Shown here: positions 12,055-24,982 of the stretch, in pieces
Position numbering within the stretch: position 1 is the stretch's first letter
Layout: each line of letters starts with the position of its first letter
Origin: Octopus vulgaris
Taxonomy: Eukaryota
Assembly: GCA_951406725.2 (NCBI GenBank)
Contig: OX597828.1
Location: forward strand, 6,944,001 to 7,008,000
Length of the DNA: 64,000 bases
Reading direction: 5' to 3'
Program-made: the position numbers and the translations under genes
The notes under the pieces: model-generated
What the model was told of the DNA's origin: nothing
The model's input: the letters and a program-made list of their open reading frames with translations, nothing else
The model's database searches: none

Positions 12055-12974
12055 TCTCTTCAGTCCTTCCTCCTTTCACCCCTACTCCCTTTCCCTCCTC
12101 TTCCCTTCTTCCCTCTTTCTTCTTCCCTCTTCCCCTTCCCTCTTTCTCTCTGTTCCCTCACTCCCCTTCTTTCTCCCTCTCCCCCTCTCCCCCTCTCCCT
12201 CTATCCTCCCTCCTCCTCTCCCCTCCTCTTCTCCTCTCCTTCCTTCTCCCCTTCCCCCTCCTCCTCCCTCCTCTTCTCCTTATTCCTTTTCCCCTTCCCC
12301 TCCCCCTCATCTCATCTCCCCCTCCACCCTCATCTCATCTCATCTCACCCTCATCTCACCCTCACCACCCCCTCCTTCTTTCCTTCTCCCCCTCTCCCTC
12401 TCCTCACTCTCACCTTCTCCCCTTCTCCCTCCTCTTCTCTTTCCTTTTCCCCTCCTCTTTCCTTTCCCCATCTTCCTCTCTCCTCCTCTCTCCCCACTCA
12501 TCTCTCCTCTCCTCTCTCTCCCCCTCCTCCCCCTTATCTCCTCCTTCCTCCTCCCCTCTCCCTCTCATCTCCTCTCTCTACACTACACCATACGACTTTA
12601 CACATCACATCATATATACATACACACGTCCAGACCTCTCATACGCACTACATACTCTCTCATACACACACACTCTTATGTTGGGGCGATGTCATTTAAC
12701 CTTGTTATCACTCCTAATTTCGCTCTTGCGTCTCACGTTTGATCTTTGACTTCTGGCCGAAATCAGATCGCCATGTTGATTCGCTAGCTTCTGCACGCAT
12801 TTTTTTCTTTCCTTGTTTCTTTCTGTGTTTCTTTTCTGTGTATCTTTCTGTTGAAGAGCGTAGGCTCGAAACGTAAAAGACTTGTTTTATTTATATTCCT
12901 GAGCGCCATACTAATACAATTGTTTGTATTCCACCTCCCTTCGTCTTTTGTTTATTGTCATAAAGCTTCCCGTT
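12055..12974 (+). mobile_element. Penelope-like terminal region: CT-rich tract plus hammerhead-like motif (family H2), 3' end at (TA)n
   Basis: UCUUU-CUGUUGA-A-GAGC(GUAG)GCUC-GAAA-CG-U-A-AAAGA at 12843-12880; 3' part homologous to 18285-18446 and 38656-38836. Confidence 0.65.
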
Positions 12975-12993
12975 ATATATATATATATATATA

Positions 12994-13176
12994 GTAAATC
13001 CCCCAAAAAAGAAAAAGAAACACAGAAAAAAAACGCGAGAACGTGATACATGTAAAGTATTAGCAGACGCTCAGGGAAGGAAAGAAACATGATTTAACGT
13101 TTCGAGCAGACGCTCTTCTTCAGAAAGAGACGAAAGTCCAATAGAAAGGAAGACGGAGGAAGAAAATCGCCAACGA
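12994..13176 (-). mobile_element. Hammerhead-bearing element (family H1-related)
   Basis: Minus strand 13126-13093 reads UUU-CUGAAGA-A-GAGC(GUCU)GCUC-GAAA-CG-U-U-AAA; 3' end at (TA)n 12975-12993. Confidence 0.75.
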
Positions 13177-13197
13177 TGTATGTATGTATGCATGTGG

Positions 13198-13398
13198 GTA
13201 TCTGTGTTTGTCCATTCACCAACACTTGACAAGTGATGTTGGTGTGTTTACGTCTCCGTACTTCAGCGGTTCGGCAAAAGAGACCGATAAAATAAGTACT
13301 AGGTTTACAATGAATAAGTCATGGGGTCGATTTGTTTGACTAAAGGCAGTGTTCCAGCATAACTGCAGTCAAATGACTGAAACAAGTAAAAGAATAAA

Positions 13399-13496
<98 letters not shown>

Positions 13497-13610
13497 GACA
13501 TGCTTCTTTCAGTTTCCGTCTGCCAAATTCACTCACAAGGATTTCGTCCGTACAAGGTGCCACGCAGTGAGACTGAACTCGGGACCATGTGGTTGCGAAA
13601 CAAACTTCTT
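13198..13610. mobile_element. SINE family A halves in opposite orientation around (TA)n
   Basis: Tail half on + (13198-13400), head half on - (13495-13610). Confidence 0.8.
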
Positions 13611-14249
13611 GCCACACAGCCACTCCTGTGCTTATATGAGCAGAGAGAGAGAGAGAGTGGGGAAGAGGGGGAGAGAGGTGGGAGGAGAGAGAGGGGTAGA
13701 GAGAGAGAAGGGGAGAAAGAGAGAGTGTGTCATATCAAGTTCTCCTACCGCCCCTGTCACCGATCCATTTACTCTCAGTCAGACAAACTGTCATTCATTC
13801 ATTCATTCATTCATTCTTCATTCAGTCAGTCATTTTCATTCATTCCCTCCCCTTCGTTCTCATTGTTTTCTTGTGTTTTTTTCATCTTGTATGTAAATCA
13901 TCGTTGTCACTAATGAGTTTGCTTTCCCAAAAGAATCAGCTTCTAAGCTGATGTCTCTAATGTAGAAAAGACTGAGTGTTAGCAACGGGTGAGGGAAGGG
14001 AAGGGGTAGAGTTGAGTTAAAACTCTCTGGCAGTAGTGCAACACATCTCTCAAATCCAATAATCATTTCTTTATTTGTCACACTAAATACAAAGAAAGGC
14101 ACAACAAACGCTGCTCTACTGTGAGGTATACAAAGCGTAACTTTAGTATCTTTATTCTTTTATAGTACGACTCGACACAAATAAGATACGCATAGAAAAG
14201 CACAGGCATACGCACATATATACGTATAAAGAAACATACGTGCATGTAT

Positions 14250-14340
<91 letters not shown>

Positions 14341-14440
14341 AACAAAGAGACAGACAGACAGACAGACAGACAGATAGACAGACAGACGGACGGACGGACG
14401 GACGGACGGATAGATCTATCTATCAATCGATCGATCGATC

Positions 14441-14522
<82 letters not shown>

Positions 14523-14530
14523 CAGGTAGG
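14250..14530. repeat. (GATA)n/(GACA)n/(GACG)n compound microsatellite
   Basis: Directly visible. Confidence 0.95.
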
Positions 14531-15403
14531 TAGATATGCACATACATATAATGTAAGTATACAGATGTATGTATACAGATACAGACATACGCATGCATAC
14601 GCGTGTGTGAATGTGTATGTGTGTGTGTGTGTGTATTAGTGTGTGTGTGTTGTTCATGGATGAGATCCAAATGTTCTTGGTCCAGAATATATTTAGTAGT
14701 GCTCAAGAGATTTAAACTTGAGCGGATGTAGAGGTAAATGTAGGGAAACGACGTTAGGCGGATCAATATATAAGGTATATTAAATACATGAAATACGAAA
14801 AGATGTATATATGCATGCACATAAAAAGGTCCGACTTACACAGACTATATGATATAGAGAGTTAAAGGGGATGAGGAACAGTATTACAAATCCAACAGCT
14901 GTTTCTGGGGCTTGGTGGTCCATAACAATATCTGTAGCTTGATTCCATCATAAGATAAGATGAGTCTCCGTCTTCTAGGAAGAGATCTTACATTTGAGGT
15001 GTTAAGGGATAGAAGTTCACAGAGGTATGCGTATATGTATGTATTATGTATGTATGTATGTATGTATGTATGTATGTATGTATGTATGTATGTTGTTATT
15101 AACTAGGCTTTCCCCTTCTATTTCTCCACCTCTTCCCACTCTTTTCATTTTAATCTATATTTCGAAGAAGAAATTATATCCGAAGCGTTATAATTAACTC
15201 TTTCTTCTTCCTAATAATTTTATTTGTGAACCTATCCCATCTTTATACACAGGTATACATACATACATATATATGCTTATATAATTGTGTGTATGTATGT
15301 ATATATAGAGATACATATGTCCGTATATATAGGTATACATATATGTGTGTATATATATGTATGTGTTTGTGTTTGTGTGTGAGTGTGTATGTGTATACAA
15401 ACT

Positions 15404-15464
<61 letters not shown>

Positions 15465-16354
15465 GTAGATAGGTAGGTAGGTAGGTAGGTAGGTATGTAG
15501 GTAGGTAGGTAGGTAGGTAGGTAGGTAGAGGGATAGATGGGAAACAAATATCGTATCAGCTACAATATTATCTATTCCGTTAAGGCGAGTAGCGACAAGG
15601 TTGTAAATTTGGTTCGTTGCATTCTTCTGGCCGCTGCCTCCTCGAATGAATACTTAATGACTACTGTGACACGTTAATGAACCCACTGATAATGATGACA
15701 AACGATGTGTGAGATCCTTCTCTCTAAGAGCATTATAGCAAGAGAAATATGCAAACGTTAGGACTAATCAAAAGTGTGCAGTTGCTAGATATATTCCAAG
15801 ATATCCAGTCTGACTCAAGTGGACACACAGAGCAGAAGTTTGGGATTTGCATGAACGACTTAAACAAGACGTTTAGATGAGGGTTTGGTAACAAAAGCCT
15901 CCAGTGATAGCAATACCGGAAACTATTAATGAATTCATAAATTATAGTGAAAGTGAATTTATGGCGTGATGGTTAACGAATAGTGATTCCAGCCACATAA
16001 CAACTTGACTAATATTTGCTTTATCATTTATCTTTTATCTATTTCACACATTAAATTGCGGCTATGCTACAGCACCACCTTAAAGGGATTAGCTGAACAA
16101 ATCGACTGGAGTACTTTTTTTTTCTTTTTAAAGTCTGATACATATTCTATAGAACTCTTTTCGCCGATCTGCTAAGTTACGGAGACATAAACAAGCCAGC
16201 AACGCCTGTCAAGAGGCGGTGGTCACCCAACACAAAGACTCGCACTCACACACACATAGATATACATGCGCACACGTATGCATATATATATATATATATA
16301 TGCACGCAGTATATCTAAATACATATATAAATATATATATACATATACACATAT

Positions 16355-16389
<35 letters not shown>

Positions 16390-16390
<1 letters not shown>

Positions 16391-16520
16391 GTTGTATCTG
16401 GGGAGAATCATTTTCTTTTTGTGCCTTATAATTTGATACACTCACCGGTAAAATTTCCCCTTATTTCTTATTTTTATTTTCCTAAAATTTTCGTTGTGTC
16501 TTGCAACCTTTTCAATAGTC
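16390..16520 (-). mobile_element. Short element with a U3-A8 hammerhead-like motif, 3' end at (TA)n
   Basis: Minus strand 16518-16482 reads CUA-UUGAAAA-G-GUUG(CAAGACA)CAAC-GAAA-AU-U-U-UAG. Confidence 0.5.
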
Positions 16521-16570
16521 TTGTCTCTGTCCGTTAGTTACACTGCGTTCCTTTTTGTTTGTTTGTGAGT

Positions 16571-16634
<64 letters not shown>

Positions 16635-16862
16635 CTATGCACCGAATCCCAAAAACGAAATATATATATATATAGACTAAAAATCCAAGATAATTCCTTG
16701 TGTATGACAAGTTAATCCAAATATCGTTTAGATGAATTTTTAAGAAATTTGGAGTATAAGACAACAAGAATGAGAATAAGGAAAATCACATCTTTAATTG
16801 GTGATTACACCATCCATTCATTACCGACAATCGTTTCCGTTGTGTCAACAGATTTAAATACA

Positions 16863-17080
16863 AGGTGGCGAGCTGGCAGAAATGTTAGTACGCCGGACGA
16901 AATACTTAGCGGTATTTACGTTCTGCCTTTACGTTCTGAGTTCAAATTCCGCCTAAGTCGACTTTACCTTTCATCCTTTCGGGGTCGATAAATTAAGTAC
17001 CAGTTGCGTACTGCGGTCGATCGAATCGACTGCCCCTTCACCATCTCAAAATTTCGGGCTTTGTGCCTACCGTAGAAAAA
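16863..17080 (+). mobile_element. tRNA-derived SINE family N (Nin/Deu-like central domain)
   Basis: GGCGAGCTGGCAGAA head, GAGTTCAAATTCC B box, CCTTTCATCCTTTCGGGGTCGATAAATTAAGTACCAG domain. Confidence 0.85.
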
Positions 17081-18015
17081 ACATATTTAAATACAGAAAA
17101 TATCAGCCAAATTAGTATGTTCCAAAATATATGCATTTCCTCAAGATGCTACGCAGCGATTGAACCCGGAATTATGAGATTAAGAAGCAAATTTCTTACC
17201 ATCTAGGCATGCCTGTACCTATTTTATGTATTTCTCTTCTTTTTGCTGAACTGGCTGCTAGTTCGTAACCCGTGTGTTCCTGGCAAATATATTCTATCTA
17301 TCTTGATATCATTCCACCTAAAGTTAAAACAGCGAGAATATAGAGTCACCATAAACAAGAATGTTTGAGACAGATTAGCTTCCCATCAAGCGAAAAGCAT
17401 TTTGTAAGCGAAATCATGCTTCACTACACAGCAACAACAGTTAAAACAAGCGAACGAAGAAGCTTCTATGTGGTCACTCAGTCTGCTACAAATAATAATC
17501 TAATTCTTCTTTAAATCATATTTTATATCATACTGTGTAATACATTTGGAGGTGGGAGCTAAACGAGAGCAATAACAGCGGGTTAAACAAGCTAAAATCT
17601 AGGAAAATAAAGGTCACACCGGATAACGGAGGCCGAAAAATAGATGAGAACATTTTAGTTGGAATACTGTTGGGCAGAGAACTGTTGTATAGTTAAAAAT
17701 TGTATTTAAATGGTAAACGTTCCAAATAGTTTATTCTCGGGAGAGAAGAGCTTGCGTTACACTGCCTGTGCGAGTTTTGGGTATAGTTGTCAGAAACTAA
17801 CGTCAAAATCCGTCTTCTGAACTTAATATTATCACATGTGGCAAATCGAATCGGTCTTGAGGTGACTGTGTGGTAAGAAGTTTGTTTCCCAACCACATGG
17901 TTCCGGATCCATTCCCACTGCGCGGCACCTTGGGCAAGTGTCATCTACTATAGACTCGGGCCGACCAAAGCCCTATGAGTGGATTTGGTAGACGGAAACT
18001 GAAAGAAGCATGAAG

Positions 18016-18047
<32 letters not shown>

Positions 18048-18272
18048 CAGGGTTGGCCAGAAGTCACCCGACAGTAAATCAAAATCCCATAAATACTATC
18101 TGTAATTCTGTATTGACTCAAATGTGCCGCTCAAGTAGGACTTCCACTTGAACATATTTCATGATGTTTCATATTTAGATGCTTTCATTAAATTCTTTTA
18201 GTTGTTAAACATAAATAAATCTTGGAATTAAATGGTTTTGATTTACTGTCAGGTGACTTTTGGCCAACGCTG
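18048..18272. mobile_element. Tc1/mariner-type MITE (225 bp)
   Basis: TIRs CAGGGTTGGCCAGAAGTCACCCGACAGTAAATCAAAA / TTTTGATTTACTGTCAGGTGACTTTTGGCCAACGCTG; TA flanks. Confidence 0.92.
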
Positions 18273-18284
18273 TATATATATATT

Positions 18285-18446
18285 TTTTTTTTCTTTCCTC
18301 GTTTTTTCTGTGTCCCTTTCTGTAGAAGAGCGTAGGCTCAAAACGTAAAATACTTTTTCTATTCCTGAGCATTATACTAATGCATCTGTTTGTTTTCTAC
18401 ACCACCTGTCTTCGTCTTTTGTTGTTTTTTTTCGTAATCTCTCCCT
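18285..18446 (+). mobile_element. Family H2 element with a mutated hammerhead (G12>A)
   Basis: CUGUAGA-A-GAGC(GUAG)GCUC-AAAA-CGUA at 18320-18347; homologous to 12805-12974. Confidence 0.7.
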
Positions 18447-18973
18447 ATATATATCTTTGTGTCTGCGTTTGCCTCCACCACCCTTTGACTACCGGTATTG
18501 GTGTGTTTACATCCTCATAAGTTAGACTGACAGAATAAGTACTGGGGCCGATTCATTCGACTAAAATTCTTTAATGTGATGCTTCAGCATGGCCGCAGTC
18601 TCATGACTGAAACAAGTAAAAGATAAAAGATTGTGTACTAATTAAAACTAAGATCAACAATGTGGGCGCCAAATAGCTAATTTCTTAAGCAATTAACAAT
18701 TAGAAAATGCTCATTAAATAATTCAAGTTTTCACTTTACTTCTATTGTCAATTGTATTCAATGAATCGATCTTTAGTTATGTAAAATCTTATTTATTTTT
18801 TTTATTTTTGTTATAAATTCTTCACATCTTGCCAGATTTTATTTTAAACCAATAAATACGTCATCTCTCAATTTAACATTCACGATCGAGGTTGGCAGGC
18901 TACTGTTCAGACTTGATCAACGATGTTCCGTCTATGACCATCCTATCTTTTTGGTAAATATAAAGGCATCTTG

Positions 18974-19285
18974 TTGTTGTTGTTTGTTCATTCTCGAGCC
19001 ACGCCTGGCTCATAAGGGCCGGTTTTCCGGTTTCCTTGGTGTATAGGTTCCCCACCTGGACGGGACACCGGTCCGTCGCAGGTGAGCTGCAAGATGCAGG
19101 AGGAAAGAGTGAGAGAAAGTTGTGGCGAAAGAATCAGCAGAAGTTTCGCCATTACCTTCTGCCGGAGCTGCGTGCAGCTTAGGTGTTTCGCTCATAAACA
19201 CACACATCACCCGGTCTGAGATTCGAACCCGCGATCCCTCGACCGTGAGTCCGCTGCTCTAGCCACTAGGCCATGTGCCTCCACA
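18974..19285 (-). mobile_element. tRNA-derived SINE family C with (AAC)n tail and 12-bp TSD
   Basis: TSD AAAGGCATCTTG at 18962-18973 and 19286-19297; A box TGGCCTAGTGG, B box GGTTCGAATC. Confidence 0.92.
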
Positions 19286-19499
19286 AAAGGCATCTTGGAC
19301 TACTTAGACGACATAGAACAATGTGTCCTTCCACATTTATAGGACTGCGATTCGAATCGGGCTGACTAACAAAGATGTTTTCTACGGTTATATCATCATT
19401 TGGGTAAATGTAAGCGCATCTTGGACTACATTATCCAATGTGTTCTTCCACTGTTTAAAAAGCTGCAATAGGATTTCACAATGATTTTTGTTCATATTT

Positions 19500-20000
19500 C
19501 TCGCACGTAAGGCAGCGAGCTAGTAGAGTTGTTAGCACGCCGGGCGAAGTGCTTAGCGGAATTTTGTCCGTCTTTATGCTCTGAGTTCAAATTCTGCTGA
19601 GATCGATTTTGCCTTTCATCCTTTCGAGGTCGATAAAATAAGTACCAGATGAGTACTGGGGATCAATGAAATCGACTTAATCCGAAATTGCTGGCCATGT
19701 TCCAAACTTTGGAATAGATAATCCTCGCACGTAAGGCAGCGAGCTGGCAAGAATTGTTAGCACGCTGGGCGAAATGCTTAGCGGCATTTCGTCCATCTTT
19801 ACGTTCTGAGCTCGGATTCTATCGAGGTTGACCTTGCCTTTCGTCCTTTCGGAGTTCATAACATAAGTAGCAGATGAGATGCCCCTACACCATAATTTCT
19901 GGCCTTGTACCAAAATTTGAAACCAATATTAAACTGAGTTTTTTCTTCTTCTTCTTCTTCTTCAAGCGGCGAGCTGGCAGAATCGTTGGCACGCTGGGCA
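19500..20000 (+). mobile_element. Cluster of three SINE family N copies or heads
   Basis: Heads at ~19510, ~19733 and ~19965; duplicated CTCGCACGTAAGGCAGCGAGCT. Confidence 0.8.
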
Positions 20001-20474
20001 TTTCATCCTCTTTACTTTCTGAATGTAAACTTCGCCACCCTTTCCCACCTTTTCAATCCTCTCAGAAACATCAATTAGTCACCAATAAACACCAATTTAG
20101 TCTAAGTCCATATGCCACGACATACTCGGGGTTAAACTGATCGAATAGATCGTTGTTTTATATTTATTTTATTTTACTTGTTTCAGTCATTATACAGTGG
20201 CACCGCCTTCAAGAATGTTTAGTCCAATGAATCGACCCCAGTTCTCATTGTTTTTAAAGAATGATACGTTTGCCGAAGCACTAAGTTACGAGAACGAAAA
20301 TACATCAACACCGGTTCACAAGCGGTGGTGGGAGACAAAGACACGAAGGCACACACGTGCGCGTGCAGACATACACACATCAAACAAACAAACACAAAGT
20401 CTTGTTGCTTTGTTAGGAAACTGCTTGTCAGAGGAGCTTAAATTAAACTCAAAGAAAAACATACACACATACAA

Positions 20475-20505
<31 letters not shown>

Positions 20506-20535
20506 TACATACATACATACATACATACATACATG

Positions 20536-20567
<32 letters not shown>

Positions 20568-20853
20568 CATACATACATACATGCATACATTCATACAAAC
20601 ATACATACATACATACATACATACATACATTCATACAAACATACATACATACATACAAACATACATACATACATACATACATACATTCATACATACACGC
20701 ATACCTACATACAAACATACATACATACATACATACATACATACATTCATGCATACATACATATATACATACATACATACATAGAAACATACATACATAC
20801 ATACATACATACATACATACATACATACATACATACATACATACAATACATAC

Positions 20854-22971
20854 GGTTCTAAGACAGTTGCATACTGGTCATTTCCGTCCCGGACAACTGC
20901 GTACCAGACAAATGGGTCTCTAGACAATTGCATCCCTGGACATTTGCGTCCCTAGACAAATTATTTTGAAATTTTATTTATCTTTTTTCGTGTGTACTTT
21001 TTGTTTATTCGGAACAGTTGATTATTAAAGGTAGTTGTAAATAAACACATTTAATAACTCTAAACAAGAGAGTAGGTAATAATAAATATTTAAAATAGGA
21101 ATAAAATAAATAAATGAGTTTAAAACTTACGTTTTTTTTCTTTTGTTTGTTCAAAAAACGGAAACAGATTAACAATATTAAAAAATATTTCAAAATTTAA
21201 AAGTTATTTTAGTTTCACAAATAAATCAAAAGGTGTGAATGTTGTGAGCTATTCCTTTCAAGAAATTTATCATGTTTTCAGGAGCATACTTATCTAATAA
21301 GGCCATGCTTCTCTTAGTTGTAGTTTTATTTTTTTTGCCGTACTAGAAAACCTTTTTGAAAGTCCCTTTTTTTTTCTTTAAGACAATAGCCTCCTCCTTT
21401 TTCAGTGTCCCAATCAATTTCCAAATAGAGGGGTTTTGACACGATAAAGAATGTTGCTAAGCATTGTCCAATCCCTCTGAGCTGTTATTAGATCTTGGCA
21501 ACTGATTTATAACCCTTTCTCGGACATTCCAAGACGGGATAGAAAAAATTGGTTCCATCCTTATCCCTCTCCAGCCTTTTGCATGGCAAGTTTCAAAACA
21601 GACGGCAAATTCTGGAGGTAAACTACAGTTATTGGACAAGTCAACAAAACCGTCGACAACGTCAATTAAATGAAGAAGTGACAAGGCGGAAAGAAACATC
21701 TAATTTTCAAATTGAATACTTCATCTTCTCTATACTGTTGTCTTAATCCTATGTTACAGATTTTATTAAAAATAGACTTAGATAAATGAAAGAGACATGA
21801 ACTTATTGTTACTTCTGGAAACTTTTCTACAAAACCTTTCTGAGTTCCTATTTCAAAGTCTGTCTGCGGTATGAGTGGCAACAAATATGTGAAGAGACGA
21901 ACATGTTTCTTTTGTCCTGTCTGGAAGAAGGGCAAAAACTCTGGGAATACTAAATGTACGTTCTTGGATACGGATAGAATATAGCTGATAATATATTGAT
22001 GAACTGACTTTAAAGGTGCCATCTGCTGCTGAGTTAGTAAAATTTATGAAATCTTCAAAGCCATCTACCGTTGCAAATATTAGTATCTTAGTAATCTATT
22101 CTCGTCATCGATGCCAGAATCAAGTGCAAGGAACTTCTCTCCCGTTGCAAGAAAACCGTAAGATTCTGATATCTCAAAATTATTCCTTTGCTGTGGAATT
22201 GGTAGCGCATTTTGTGCTTTTTGTCTCCATCGACATACATTTCTTTCCATTGATGATAAAAAGGGTAATTGAAAACCGATCTTCAATAGCGATCGTAGCT
22301 CCAATAAGACTTCTTGCTGGTTCGCATACTGAAATTGAAGTAGTTTTCAACTCGGACGTAACTTCTTGTGCTCTAACTTTAGCAGCCGAGGATCCATGGT
22401 TATGTTCATTACATTATGTTGTGACTGAGTCATTCACTGTATGTATTCTTGCTTTGCACGATCGCACCAGTATGTTTTTGCTTCATCGGCGTTTATCTTA
22501 TGATAGTGGTAGCTGTAATTTTCCTCGTCAACAAACATCTTTCCACCAATGTTAGATTTTTCTAAACTCAACCATGAGTTTCAAATAAAACTTTGCATTA
22601 TAAAATCCAGAATGTATAAGTTTAAAGTTCGCACTGCTCGAATTAACTAAAATTACTAGTTTAAATTTCTTCTGCTTTAAAAAATAAGAATATACCTTTT
22701 GTGTTGGTGTACAATTAGGGTATCTACCTGTTTGATTAACGAGCTATTTGAGCAACTGTTGGAACGTATTCTCCTAAAAAAAATATGTGTATTTAAAAAA
22801 AGTAAACGTGTAAAACATTTTTTTATGATAAAAGATTACCAGAAGTACGCATTTGTGCAGGCATTTGTCAAGAGACGCATTTGTCTAAGAACGCAAATGT
22901 CCAGAGATGCAATTGTCTGGTACGCAGTTGTCCGGGACGCAAATGTCCAGTAGGCAACTGTCCGTCCATCC
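20854..22971 (-). mobile_element. Decayed Mutator-like (MULE) DNA transposon with tandem-repeat TIRs
   Basis: ~110-bp inverted termini built of ~15-bp GACAA.TGCGT.CC units; transposase remnants DGTFK, TDFEIG..FPEVTISSCLFHLSKSI, WNVRERV.NQLPRSNN..EG and a CKARIHT..EHNH zinc-finger-like segment; possible ATACATAC TSD; nested in SINE A (20165-20345 and 22988-23158). Confidence 0.88.
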
Positions 22972-23214
22972 ATACATACATAAACACATACGACGGGTTT
23001 CGTTCAGTTTCCATCTACCAAATTCACTCACACCTCCTTGGTGGACTCGAGGCTATAGTAAAAGAAAGACACTTGGCCAAGATGTCACGCGTGGAACTGA
23101 TCTCGAAACTAAACGTGGTTGGAAGCAAGCTTCTTACCACACAGCCACGCCTGCTCCTATGTTCTACACTTTACATTAATACTGGTTCCGGCAATTTCGA
23201 TGATGAAAAGCATA

Positions 23215-23530
23215 CGTCGATTTTATCGACCCCAGTACGCAATTGCTACTTATTTTATCGACCCCGAAAAGATGAAAGGCAAAATCGACCTCGGTGGAAT
23301 TTGAACTCAGAACTTAACGGCAGACGAAATACCTATTTCTTTACTAACCACAAGGGGATTAACACAGAGTAGACAAACGGATTAAGTCGATTACATCGAC
23401 CCCAGTGCGTAACTGGTACTTAATTTATCGACCCTGAAAAGATGAAAGGCAAAGTGAACCTCGGCGGAATTTAAACTCAGAACGTAACGGCAGACGAAAT
23501 ACGGCTACGCATTTCGCCCGGCGTGCTAAC
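23215..23530 (-). mobile_element. Two tandem SINE family N copies
   Basis: Reverse complement of the Nin/Deu-like domain occurs twice. Confidence 0.8.
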
Positions 23531-23744
23531 GTATTTGAACTTAATATTGATAAAGTCGAACAAATGAAGGAGCATCTATGAAGTTGCTTTGATCAAATCA
23601 CAACCTAACGACTTAAAAACTAAATAGTTGATGGTGTAATATACAGTTATATCTATCACGATGGACTGGTCACAAACGGAATGTCTTTAAACATTGATTA
23701 AGCAATATGCAGAAATCAGTCTTCAAAAGCCTTCTTCTCTTCAC

Positions 23745-23745
23745 G

Positions 23746-23814
<69 letters not shown>

Positions 23815-24348
23815 ATACTACTACTACTAATACTACTACTACTACCACTACTACTACTACTACCACGATCAACAACACCACCAACATCACCATCACCACT
23901 TTCATCGTCCCCACTGTCTACCCCACCAATTCAGTCATGTATGTATGTATGTGTGTATGTATGTGTGTTTATGTATGTATGTGTCTATATGTATGTATGT
24001 ATGCATGTACGTATGTGTTTATGTATGTATGTATGTATGTATATGTATGTATGTATGTATGTATGTATGCATGCATTTGTCATTCTCTCTTGTCATCGAT
24101 ATAGCTGCCGTCTTTCCTTGATTGTCTTCTTACGTCATCCACGACAAATTGCAATCAACTGATTAGCACTCATTAACATCACGCCGCTCCCACCACCACC
24201 GCCACCATCATCACCACCACCACCGCAAGCGCTATTACCATCCTAACTGTCCTCATTTACCGCGTCTTCACTTACCGCCACCTCTTCCTCCTCCCCCTTT
24301 ACTTACGACAGTGCTCCTTCCACCATTACCGCCATTTTCCCCCCATCA

Positions 24349-24380
<32 letters not shown>

Positions 24381-24846
24381 CCAATAAGATGTCCGTTACT
24401 CGCCTATGAATAGTTAATCGTTTGTTTTGTCTTTCGTATAGTTGCTGCTGCTGCTGCTATTCTCGGTGGTGGGGGTGGGGAAGGAGGCAAAAGATGTTAC
24501 ACTTCTTCATTACAAATATTAATGACAGTATTATAACGTTGATTTACGACTATCGCAGTTATTGTTGCTGTTGTTGTTTAGTATTGCTATTACAGATAAT
24601 AGTTGTTGCTGTCGTTGTTGCTCTTGTATACTATTATTGTTATTATTATTACTATCATTATTATTACTATTATTAATATTATTATTATTAGTATCATCAT
24701 CATCATCATTATTATTATTATCATCATCATCATCACCATCATCATCATTATTATTATCATTATTATTACTATTATTAGTACTATTATTATTATTATTATT
24801 ATTATTATCATCATCATCATTATCATCATCATCATCATTATTATTA

Positions 24847-24907
<61 letters not shown>

Positions 24908-24947
24908 CATCATCATCATCATCATCATTATCATCATCATCATTATT

Positions 24948-24982
<35 letters not shown>

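Larger units (their letters stand above)
17860..18630 (+). mobile_element. SINE family A carrying two nested insertions
   Basis: Head 17860-18015 and tail 18455-18630, with a MITE and an H2 element in between. Confidence 0.85.

Noticed and set aside
11351-12742. 229-273 aa P/L/S-rich ORFs
   Set aside because: They arise from stop-free CT/GA tracts and span SINE and microsatellite junctions
20860-20960. Regularly spaced ~15-bp repeats resembling a CRISPR array
   Set aside because: No unique spacers; mirrored at 22848-22971 as MULE terminal repeats; eukaryotic context
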